Shown in pieces: positions 52,698 to 60,672 of a stretch of 64,000 bases of DNA. This DNA is from Gammaproteobacteria bacterium (GTDB lineage: Bacteria > Pseudomonadota > Gammaproteobacteria > Eutrophobiales > Eutrophobiaceae): the NCBI GenBank assembly GCA_038922795.1, contig JBCKWI010000003.1, positions 5,118 through 69,117 on the forward strand. The letters run 5' to 3'. The first letter of the stretch is position 1, and each line of letters begins with the position of its first letter. The position numbers and the translations under genes are program-made. The notes beneath the pieces are model-generated. The model was given only the letters and a program-made list of their open reading frames with translations. It ran no database searches and was not told the origin of the DNA.

Positions 52698-54878
52698 GTG
52701 AAATCATCAATCATTTATACAATATTAACAGCCACAGGCTTATTAATCTTCCCATACAGTCATATCGTCTCCGCGGAAGAAATCGCGGCTGATGAGGCTT
52801 CCACTAAGAAAACCGCCAAACAAGCGGAAAAACTCGAAGACATTACCGTACAGGCGACCCGTGTCGATAAATCACTTTATGAGATCCCGGCCTCCGTCGG
52901 GTACGTCGGCAAGGATGATATCCAGTTTGGCCGCCAGCAGCTTGGCCTGGATGAATCGCTTATCAAGATCCCCGGTCTGTGGATGCCTAACCGTTATAAC
53001 TTCAACCAGGATCTGAGTATCTCTATCCGGGGGTTCGGGAAACGATCCACTTTCGGGATCCGTGGTGTCAAAATTTATGTGGATGGTATCCCGAATACTC
53101 TGCCTGACGGCCAGGGGGGTATTGATACTATAGATATTGGATCAACCGATCGTATGGAAGTCATCCGTGGCCCCGCCTCTTCACTCTATGGCGCGGCTGC
53201 AGGTGGCGTGATCAACATCTATACTGAAGATGGCCCGGTGGATACGCCGTTTATTGAAGGCCGTGCGACCATGGGTTCCCATGACTTCAGTAAATTCCAG
53301 CTTAAAACCGGCGGGCAGAAAGACCGGCTGAACTATCTGGTGAATCTGTCCCGGTTTAATCTTGATGGTTATCGGGACCACAGCAAAATTGAGAATACCT
53401 TATTAAATTCAAAATTTCGCTACGATATCGATGCCACCTCCGATTTTACATTAACGGTCTCTGTCCTGGATAAACCCATTGCCGATGATCCGGGCGGATT
53501 ATGTAAAACCAGTACTGTAGGGTCTATCTGCACCGGCGTTACTCCGGATCGCACAGCTGCTCAGCGTAATAATACCGGTGCCAGATTCGATGCCGGCGAG
53601 ACGGTGGAACAGCAACAATTCGGGCTCCTCTACCGGAAAAGCATCGGCGCCAAACATGAACTTACCGCGCGTAACTATTATCAGTTTCGTGATTTTCATG
53701 CAAAATTACCAAATGGTCCTCCTGTAACACCAAGCGGTGGAATGATCGAACTGGATCGTTTTTTTCTGGGCGGGGGATTGCAAAATGCCTACACGGACAC
53801 CTTTTTCGGTCACCAAAACCGCCTCACCGTGGGCGTTGATGTGGACTCGCAAATGGATGAACGTAAAAATTTCGATAATCTGCTTGGCGCGATGGGACCA
53901 TTAGCCCTGGATCAGGATGAAGATGTATTCAGCTGGGGGGTTTTTCTCCAGAACGAATTCAGCATCACGGACAACCTGGAATTGACTCTTGGTGTGCGCT
54001 ATGACGAAGTTGAATTCGAGTTTACGGATTATTTCCTGACGGATTTTGATCAATCGGGTGCGGCGAAATTCAGTGAATGGAGCCCACAGGCCGGTCTGCT
54101 GTGGAAGGCGCACGCAGCCATCAATCTTTTCGGCAACGTCTCGACTTCATTCGAAACACCCAGTACCCGTGAATTTGCAGCGCCGGCCGGGCCCGGAGGT
54201 TTTAACACAGCGCTCACTGCGCAAACCTCGATCAATTATGAAATCGGCGTGAAAGGATTATTGCCCGGCAGGACCAGTTATGAATTATCCATCTTCAGGA
54301 TTGATACCCAGGATGAGTTGCTTCCGGCAGGAACTAATGACGGTGGATCGGTGTTTTTTACCAATACCGGAGAAACGGAACGCAATGGTGTTGAGGCGGG
54401 GTTGATCTTCCGGCCGTTACCCGGTCTGGATGTTACCCTCAACTACACCTACTCTGATTTTGAATTCACGAAGCTGGTTGTCCCTGGTCTAGGTGGTGGA
54501 TCATTTGCCGGTGAAAAAATACCGGGTATCCCTGAGCAAATGGGTTTCGCCGAGATCGCCTATTTTGCGCCTTCCGGTTTTTATGGAATTCTGGATTTTC
54601 AATATGTAGACAAGGTATACACCAACAATGCATACAGGAGAAATTCCGGTGCGTTGGTTCCCCAGGGCGATGCCGCTGATGACTATACCCTGCTGAATTT
54701 CAGGATGGGCTATACCACGAATATTGGTGATACTGTATTCACGCCATTTTTCGGGATTAATAATATTACCAATCAGAAATATATCGGGAATATCCGGGTC
54801 AATGAGGGCAATGTGCGCTTTTTCGAGCCCGCACCGGAACTGAATGTGTTTGCAGGGATATCGCTGACTTTCCGCTAA
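52698..54878 (+). CDS. TonB-dependent outer-membrane receptor
   Basis: Signal peptide, TonB box (EDITVQATR), plug domain and a long beta-barrel. GTG start with an RBS (aggggga). 726 aa. Confidence 0.88.
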   Translation: MKSSIIYTILTATGLLIFPYSHIVSAEEIAADEASTKKTAKQAEKLEDITVQATRVDKSLYEIPASVGYVGKDDIQFGRQQLGLDESLIKIPGLWMPNRYNFNQDLSISIRGFGKRSTFGIRGVKIYVDGIPNTLPDGQGGIDTIDIGSTDRMEVIRGPASSLYGAAAGGVINIYTEDGPVDTPFIEGRATMGSHDFSKFQLKTGGQKDRLNYLVNLSRFNLDGYRDHSKIENTLLNSKFRYDIDATSDFTLTVSVLDKPIADDPGGLCKTSTVGSICTGVTPDRTAAQRNNTGARFDAGETVEQQQFGLLYRKSIGAKHELTARNYYQFRDFHAKLPNGPPVTPSGGMIELDRFFLGGGLQNAYTDTFFGHQNRLTVGVDVDSQMDERKNFDNLLGAMGPLALDQDEDVFSWGVFLQNEFSITDNLELTLGVRYDEVEFEFTDYFLTDFDQSGAAKFSEWSPQAGLLWKAHAAINLFGNVSTSFETPSTREFAAPAGPGGFNTALTAQTSINYEIGVKGLLPGRTSYELSIFRIDTQDELLPAGTNDGGSVFFTNTGETERNGVEAGLIFRPLPGLDVTLNYTYSDFEFTKLVVPGLGGGSFAGEKIPGIPEQMGFAEIAYFAPSGFYGILDFQYVDKVYTNNAYRRNSGALVPQGDAADDYTLLNFRMGYTTNIGDTVFTPFFGINNITNQKYIGNIRVNEGNVRFFEPAPELNVFAGISLTFR

Positions 54879-54916
54879 AAGCTGCAATTTCTGGATAAGG
54901 AAAATTCTGATTAAGC

Positions 54917-55020
54917 TGTCATTCCGAACGTATGTGAGGAATCTTTGAGTTGCTTGTTTTTTTTGTAATAAGAACTACAGATTTCTCGCTACGCTCGAAA
55001 TGACAACTTATTCAGAGACT
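54917..55020. repeat. family C long-arm inverted repeat (ctgtcattccgaacg ... cgctcgaaatgacaa) with the terminal module cttattcagagac
   Basis: Direct reading. Confidence 0.75.
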
Positions 55021-55038
55021 CCTTAATATCAGCCGGTT

Positions 55039-55539
55039 CTAGCCATATCTGAAACCAAGAATTTCCAGTTCCTGATCACCGGCAGGTTTTTTCCAGACTA
55101 CAATATCTCCCGTTTGTTTACCGATCAGTTCGCGTGCCAACGGTGACACCCAACTGAGCAGACCCCGGTCAGGATCTGCCTCATCTTCACCGACTATTGT
55201 ATAGGAGTACTGTTGATCATTTTCATCCAGCAGATTCACCGTGGCGCCAAAACGGATATCAATTGCAGTCTGTGATGTAACCTCTACCGGAATGGCACAC
55301 TGGATACGTTTTTCCAGATAGCGCAGATCCGCTTCAATTTTTTTCAACCGGTTTTTGGAAGCGAGCTCATCTTCATTTAATTTCAGCTCCCGGTAATACT
55401 TTCTCAATACCTCAAGGTTGTCTTTTAACCTCTTGAGGCCTGCACTGGTAATATAATTAGGATACTCGCTCTGCGGCCGTTCAATGGCATCATCATCTGC
55501 CTGGTCACCATCCAGTTCTTTTACAAATGCACGGCTCAT
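55039..55539 (-). CDS. GreA/GreB-family transcription factor paralog (divergent, Rnk/GreB-like)
   Basis: The C-terminal FKBP-like Gre domain is present (NLLDENDQQYSYTIVGEDEADPDRGLLSWVSPLARELIGKQTGDIVV), as is an N-terminal coiled coil. The start is taken at MSRAFVKELDG, because the upstream extension lies in the repeat cluster. Confidence 0.7.
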   Translation of the reverse strand: MSRAFVKELDGDQADDDAIERPQSEYPNYITSAGLKRLKDNLEVLRKYYRELKLNEDELASKNRLKKIEADLRYLEKRIQCAIPVEVTSQTAIDIRFGATVNLLDENDQQYSYTIVGEDEADPDRGLLSWVSPLARELIGKQTGDIVVWKKPAGDQELEILGFRYG

Positions 55540-55609
55540 AAAATGATTCCTCTGAATATTATTAGAACCTGTCTCAAAATTAGTTTCCCGCTCTTTTGAC
55601 GGAAGCAAT

Positions 55610-55750
55610 AACCCACTGCGCCTTCCCCCTGGCAGGGGGAACGACTCCATGGATGGAGTCGGTAGAGCAACGCAGGACGCCTACAGGGAGCGTGATGAAC
55701 TTGAACTCTACCTGAGGTTCCGGGCCTGTGCAGGAGATAAAGTCTCACGC
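55610..55750. repeat. family B palindromic repeat cluster flanking the IS remnant (left side)
   Basis: Units ccccctggcagggggaacgactccatggatggagtcggtagagcaacgcaggacgcctacagggagcg are read directly. Confidence 0.75.
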
Positions 55751-55810
55751 TTCAATATTTCTCAACAGACTGAATGATATCCAAGTCCTTCCCCAGGGGA
55801 AAGAGGCTGA

Positions 55811-56825
55811 ATGAGCAAGGGGGGTCACGAGATGATGACAATAATTGGTATTGATGTAGGCAAGGCGAAACTGGACTGCCTGTGGTTAAAAGACCCGGCC
55901 ACTGGCAAAGTGAAGACCAAGGTCTTTGCCAACACGCCGGACGGCCGCCTGGCGTTAATGGGGTGGACTGAACAACAGACACCAGTAGCACTGAATGCGG
56001 TCCATTTTATGATGGGGGCGACCGGGGTCTATCATGAGGCCTTGGCCTATACGCTGTACCGGGCGGGGGCGAAGGTGTCCGTGGTGGATCCGGCACAGGG
56101 GCGGGATGATGCCAAGGGCCTGGGGTCACGCACCAGGACCGACAAGAAGGACAGCTGGGTACTGGCCCGCTTGGGTGCGACACAAGGGACCCGGTTATGG
56201 CAGCCTGAACCTGACGAGGTGCGTAAGCTTGCGCCTCCGCGCCCGCATTGAGGCGGTAGAACAGGCTATTCGGCGCGAGATGAATCGTTTGGAGAAAGCG
56301 GCGATCGCACCGGTGTCCGAAGAGATATTAACCTCGATTCATACGGTTCTGGAACAACTTGAAAAAGAGAAAAAACGGCTGGAAGGGTTAATCAACCGGC
56401 ACATTGATCAACACCCCGGCCTGAAACGTGATCAGCAATGACTGGAGGGCATCCCCGGGGCCGGGCCGGTGATTGCCCGCGACCTGATGGCCGTGATCCG
56501 CAGCCGGTCATTGACTTCGGCGTCGCAGTGTGCGGCCACCTTGGGACGGGTCCCGATCCAGCATGAATCCGGTTCTAGTGTGCGCGGCAGACCGCCTATG
56601 TCCAAAGCCGGGAGTGCGACGATACGGGCCAAATTATAGATGGCGGCAGTCGTGTCCATTCAGCACAACCCGGATATTAAACGGCCCTATCAACGCTTGC
56701 TGAAAAAAGGAAAAGTTAAAATGAGTGCACTGGGTGCAGCCATGCGCAAGCGGGTGCATATTTGTTTTGGTGTATTAAAACACCAGACACCCTGTCAAGC
56801 ACAAACCCTGTCAATGGATTTGTGA
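55811..56825 (+). pseudogene. IS110-family transposase, disrupted by at least 3 frameshifts
   Basis: The N-terminal DEDD domain is MMTIIGIDVGKAKLD...GATGVYHEALAYTLYRAGAKVSVVDPAQ. The continuation lies in other frames: 56034-56441 (...LEKEKKRLEGLINRHIDQHPGLK), 56440-56640 (LEGIPGAGPVIARDLMAVI...) and 56640-56825 (...YQRLLKKGKVKMSALGAAMRKRVHICFGVLKHQTP). Confidence 0.8.
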
Positions 56826-56829
56826 TAGA

Positions 56830-57200
56830 TGGAGGAAGATGGTATCTCCTGCATCCTTGTAGTCGTGTCCTCGGCTTTGGCCTCCTCGATCGCTGTTCGA
56901 AAACCTGTTCCTGACGTTTTCTCGGTCTCTGTTCCAGACTCGACTCTACCGATTCCTTCCATGGAATCGTACCGCCTACATTCCCTGTAGGCGTCCCGAC
57001 GCGATTCTACCTCCTCCATCCCTGGAGTCGTGCGTTGCTCTCGGTCTCCGCTCCCGGCTCGACTCTACCGATTACATCCTTGTAATCGTACCGCCTATGT
57101 CCCTATAGGCGTCTCGCGACTTTTCCCACTTCCTGTGGGTCGCCTACGCCAGAATGACAGCATGTAGAAACTTGTAACTTAATCAGAACATCTTTAATTA
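56830..57200. repeat. family B palindromic repeat cluster with the terminal module agaatgacagcatgtagaaacttgtaacttaatcagaac (right side of the IS remnant)
   Basis: Direct reading. It contains ctcggtctccgctcccggctcgactctaccgatta, the reverse complement of the unit at 10450 and 18750. Confidence 0.8.
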
Positions 57201-57280
57201 GTACCACCTTTCCATATATAATTTCTTATATATTCTATCAATCATCTCTATCACCTATCTGTAGAGTTAAGCTACATGTC

Positions 57281-57538
57281 ATGAAACGGCAACGCGCAAC
57301 AAAAACTCCAATCATCCGGAAATCTACAGGTAATGTTTTCGAAGATATAGGTTTCGCCAAACCAGAAGCGGGACGTCTCGCCATGCTTTCCACACTAGCG
57401 ATCGAAGTCGAAAAGTACATCAAAGACCATAATCTTACGCAGGCAGAAGCGGCTGCACGATTTGGCGTTACCCAACCACGCATCAGCAATCTTTTAAACG
57501 GCAAGTTCCATTTGTTCAGCATTGATATGCTGATATAA
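57281..57538 (+). CDS. XRE-family HTH antitoxin (HigA-like), apparently orphan
   Basis: SGNVFEDIGF...LTQAEAAARFGVTQPRISNLLNGKFHLFSIDML is the typical HigA/XRE antidote pattern. No RelE/HigB-like ORF is present upstream, where the repeat cluster lies instead. Confidence 0.7.
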   Translation: MKRQRATKTPIIRKSTGNVFEDIGFAKPEAGRLAMLSTLAIEVEKYIKDHNLTQAEAAARFGVTQPRISNLLNGKFHLFSIDMLI

Positions 57539-57632
57539 ATGTTGCTGCGCGTGGGTATCCAGGTAAAGATAGGTGTCAAAAAAGCGGCGTGATTTATCCC
57601 TAACGATATTAATTTGCTGAGATAACTCTCCT

Positions 57633-58160
57633 ATGAACAAGAAACACAGTCAGTTAAAAAGCATCGTAATCTCGATCCTTGCTGCAGTCCTTTATGTGAA
57701 TTATGCCATTGCCCATCCAGTCGACGAACATCGTCAACCGGACAAGGTGCAGATCATCCTGCTGGCCGATAACACACCACCTCCGGTCAATGATGATGGC
57801 ATGGTAACAATGGGTGGGTTGAGCGGGCCGAAGGAGAGTAAAGGCATCGCTTCGATAGATCCGATGGGTATAATTGATCTGGGTGCAGAATTTCCGGCCA
57901 TGAGTGGCCGCCAGTTACGCGCAAGAATATTCACCATTGAACCCGGCGGTATCGTCGGCATTCACACGCACGAACAACGACCGGGTTATGCCTTCATTAT
58001 CAGCGGCAGCATTGTGGAACATCGTAATGATAACCCGGAGCCGCTTGTTCGCACCGCCGGTGATATTGCTATAGAGAAAGACGGTGTCACCCACTGGTGG
58101 GAAAATACCTTCGAAGAACCGGTGAAAGCGCTGGTCGTGGATATCTTCACACCGGAATAG
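57633..58160 (+). CDS. secreted cupin-domain protein
   Basis: Signal peptide plus a cupin motif (GIHTHEQRPGYAFIISG...G). 175 aa. Confidence 0.7.
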   Translation: MNKKHSQLKSIVISILAAVLYVNYAIAHPVDEHRQPDKVQIILLADNTPPPVNDDGMVTMGGLSGPKESKGIASIDPMGIIDLGAEFPAMSGRQLRARIFTIEPGGIVGIHTHEQRPGYAFIISGSIVEHRNDNPEPLVRTAGDIAIEKDGVTHWWENTFEEPVKALVVDIFTPE

Positions 58161-58234
58161 CTTTTTAGAAACCAGAAAACTTAATTAATAAGTGTGAATC
58201 TGATACCTGCCAGTTTATTGGAGAATACTGCGAT

Positions 58235-58507
58235 ATGGATTTTGAGTGGGATTCGTTAAAAGCCCGTACTAATGAAAGCAAGCACGGGGTCTCCTTCTTT
58301 GAGGCATGCGAAGTATTTGATGATAAGCTTTCCTCAACAGTTAGAGATCCTGATAATTCACTGGATGAGGATAGATATCTGATTTTTGGAATATCAAAAA
58401 GTGGCAATTATCTGGTTGTATCCTAGACTGAACGTGTTGACCGAATTAGACTGAGTTCAGCCCGGCAGATGACCCTGCGAGAACGCAAAGCCTATGAACA
58501 GCGATAA
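58235..58507 (+). pseudogene. brnT: BrnT-like (DUF497) toxin with an in-frame amber stop at 58427-58429
   Basis: MDFEWDSLKARTNESKHGVSFFEACEVFDD...LIFGISKSGNYLVVS-TAG-TERVDRIRLSSARQMTLRERKAYEQR*. The BrnT C-terminus continues in the same frame after the stop. Confidence 0.65.
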
Positions 58508-58697
58508 AGATACCCTTAGAGATGAATATCCGGAAGAACTGATCAAATCAGGTGTCCGTGGAAAATACACAGAGAGCTACCGCAAAAGTACAAACATCGT
58601 TCTGATTGATCCGGATCTGTACAAACTATTCCCCGATTCGGAAGCCGTTAACCGTGCACTTCGCGAGTATGCTTCAACAAGACGAACGGCAACTTAA
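58494..58697 (+). CDS. brnA: BrnA-like (CopG/RHH) antitoxin
   Basis: The start overlaps the brnT 3' end. The C-terminal ...PDSEAVNRALREYAS resembles BrnA. Confidence 0.6.
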   Translation: MNSDKDTLRDEYPEELIKSGVRGKYTESYRKSTNIVLIDPDLYKLFPDSEAVNRALREYASTRRTAT

Positions 58698-58794
58698 TAT
58701 CGCCATCGAGAAAGCCGGTATCACCCACTGTTGGGAAAATACCTTCGATGAACCGGTGAAGGCGTTAGTAGTGGATATCTTCAAACCGGAGTAA
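58693..58794 (+). pseudogene. diverged duplicate of the last about 32 codons of the cupin gene
   Basis: IAIEKAGITHCWENTFDEPVKALVVDIFKPE* versus the cupin C-terminus IAIEKDGVTHWWENTFEEPVKALVVDIFTPE*. About 85% nt identity with 58063-58160. Confidence 0.6.
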
Positions 58795-58850
58795 CCAGAG
58801 TCAATTGGTCTTGATTCTTTTATTTTGTTTGATCAAAGAGGTAGATTTAC

Positions 58851-60056
58851 ATGTCTGAAAGCTGGGCAGAAAGGCAAAGACACACGAACCGTTTAGCTAG
58901 GCGTCTTGCTGATTATTTGTTTTCGAGACATAAAATTACTGCTCGTCAGATTTACGGATTATCAAAAATTGCTTGGATAACGAATAGTTATGAAGGAGAA
59001 GCAGCAGCATATATTGCTAGCACAAAAATACCCGCTTTAGGTGATGTGTTCGGAAAAGATTTTACAAACAAATCGTTGGAGGAAGTAGCTAGCATAATTG
59101 CTTCAGAAACAGATGATGAATCTCTGATTGATTTGATAAAAGGTCATTCTGGTTTTACGAATTTTTACAAGGCATACAGAAATAGCGTCTTTGCTTGGAT
59201 TGAGAATAATCATTCAGTGCTATTACCTTTATATAAAGCTGCATTTAGTTCTGAGAGCGATGAAGCAAGATTAAAAATAGTTTCAACTATAGCCAAATTA
59301 CCAGGTATTCCAAAGGCTAATCATCCTGAGCAACAAATGAGGCCAGAATACTTTCTAACACCAGCATTTTTTATGCTTGACCCTGAAATTCGTTTCCCAC
59401 TTATAAACGGGAACGAATGGGTACACAATCTTCTCAGCGATCTGAACGTGGCGGATTCAGATCTTATCTCACAATATAAAGCAATGGTGCAATTGTATGG
59501 AAATGGAGGAATTACAGATGCAGCAGATCTCGATCAAGCGGGAAGAGATATGCCAGATTTCTTAAATACAAATGAACGAACGGCAACAAAAGGACTCCTT
59601 GAGAAAAAGAACTCTACAGAAAATGGAGCACTTCCATTAAAGGATGAAGCAGACGTTGAGGCCATAAGGGAAGCCGGAACAGTAACTCATCGGCGAATAC
59701 ATAATCATCTCACTAATAATTTAAAGAAATCACTCAAAAAATATACTCTCCTAGAGGGCAATAATCATTCTTGCATGTTTGATGTATTGGTGAAGCAATA
59801 CGATAATAATAGAAATGATTTGCTAATTGAGGTAAAAAGTTCTATCGATTCCCCTCAGATTAGAATGGCTGTAGGTCAGCTATTTGACTATTGGTTTTCC
59901 TTGAAAGGAGACGAAGAACCCCATATGGCTGTGTTATTACCTAATCGGCCAAGCAAAGATGTTGCAGACTTTCTTAAATGGATGGATATTGGATTAATGT
60001 GGTTTGATAACTATCAACTTTGTACGGATGATAATTGGCTTAAACATCTTGCTTGA
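58851..60056 (+). CDS. hypothetical protein with a C-terminal RecB-type PD-(D/E)xK nuclease motif set; candidate single-gene defence nuclease
   Basis: AT-rich 401-aa ORF. The C-terminus reads ...HSCMFDVLV(K)...NDLLIEVKSS...VGQLFDYW, which fits D / ExK / QxxxY. The N-terminal about 280 aa is unrecognised. Confidence 0.55.
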   Translation: MSESWAERQRHTNRLARRLADYLFSRHKITARQIYGLSKIAWITNSYEGEAAAYIASTKIPALGDVFGKDFTNKSLEEVASIIASETDDESLIDLIKGHSGFTNFYKAYRNSVFAWIENNHSVLLPLYKAAFSSESDEARLKIVSTIAKLPGIPKANHPEQQMRPEYFLTPAFFMLDPEIRFPLINGNEWVHNLLSDLNVADSDLISQYKAMVQLYGNGGITDAADLDQAGRDMPDFLNTNERTATKGLLEKKNSTENGALPLKDEADVEAIREAGTVTHRRIHNHLTNNLKKSLKKYTLLEGNNHSCMFDVLVKQYDNNRNDLLIEVKSSIDSPQIRMAVGQLFDYWFSLKGDEEPHMAVLLPNRPSKDVADFLKWMDIGLMWFDNYQLCTDDNWLKHLA

Positions 60057-60546
60057 ATTTATATTCAATCTCTATCACGAAATAACGACTCACCTGTCCT
60101 TCAGCTTTTACAACAATTTCATCTTTCCGTGATTTGCCCAATAGCGCTTTACTCATCGGCGAATCAATACTGATGTAATTCCTGTCCGGATCAATTTCAT
60201 CTGCTCCGACAATACGATAAGTGTTCTCTACACCTTCTTCGTTTTCGAGGGTAACGATGGCGCCGAAATACACTCGGCTGGTATCGCCAACTTCGGAAAC
60301 AATCTTTAACTTCGGCATCCTCTGTTGCAAATAACGAATACGCCTGTCGATCTCGCGCAATTCTTTTTTGCGGTAGATGTATTCGGCATTCTCGGATCGA
60401 TCGCCTTCCGCTGCGGCTGCTGTCAAAGCTTTGGTCACATCTCTGCGTCGAACCCACAGACCACTCAGTTCATTTTCCAGGTGTTGATAACCTTCAGGAG
60501 TTATGTAGGGTGATGAAGCAGTTGGAGGTGGACGCCAGCGTGTCAT
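60040..60546 (-). CDS. greB: transcription elongation factor GreB
   Basis: ITPEGYQHLENEL...GDRSENAEYIYRKKELREIDRRIRYLQQRM matches GreB closely. Start taken at MTRWRPP (ATG 60546). Confidence 0.85.
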   Translation of the reverse strand: MTRWRPPPTASSPYITPEGYQHLENELSGLWVRRRDVTKALTAAAAEGDRSENAEYIYRKKELREIDRRIRYLQQRMPKLKIVSEVGDTSRVYFGAIVTLENEEGVENTYRIVGADEIDPDRNYISIDSPMSKALLGKSRKDEIVVKAEGQVSRYFVIEIEYKFKQDV

Positions 60547-60582
60547 ACAAATATTAAAGAGATACAAGATAAATTAAATGTG

Positions 60583-60648
60583 TCATTTCGAGCGAAGCGA
60601 GAAATCTGAAGTTAAAACCATGAGATTTCTCGCTTCGCTCGAAATGAC
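60583..60648. repeat. perfect long-arm inverted repeat (tgtcatttcgagcgaagcgagaaatct ... agatttctcgcttcgctcgaaatgaca), family C; probable bidirectional terminator / MITE-like element
   Basis: Direct reading. Arms are about 27 nt and the loop about 12 nt. Confidence 0.85.
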
Positions 60649-60672
60649 AAATCACTACCCTGAAGAGTTTAC

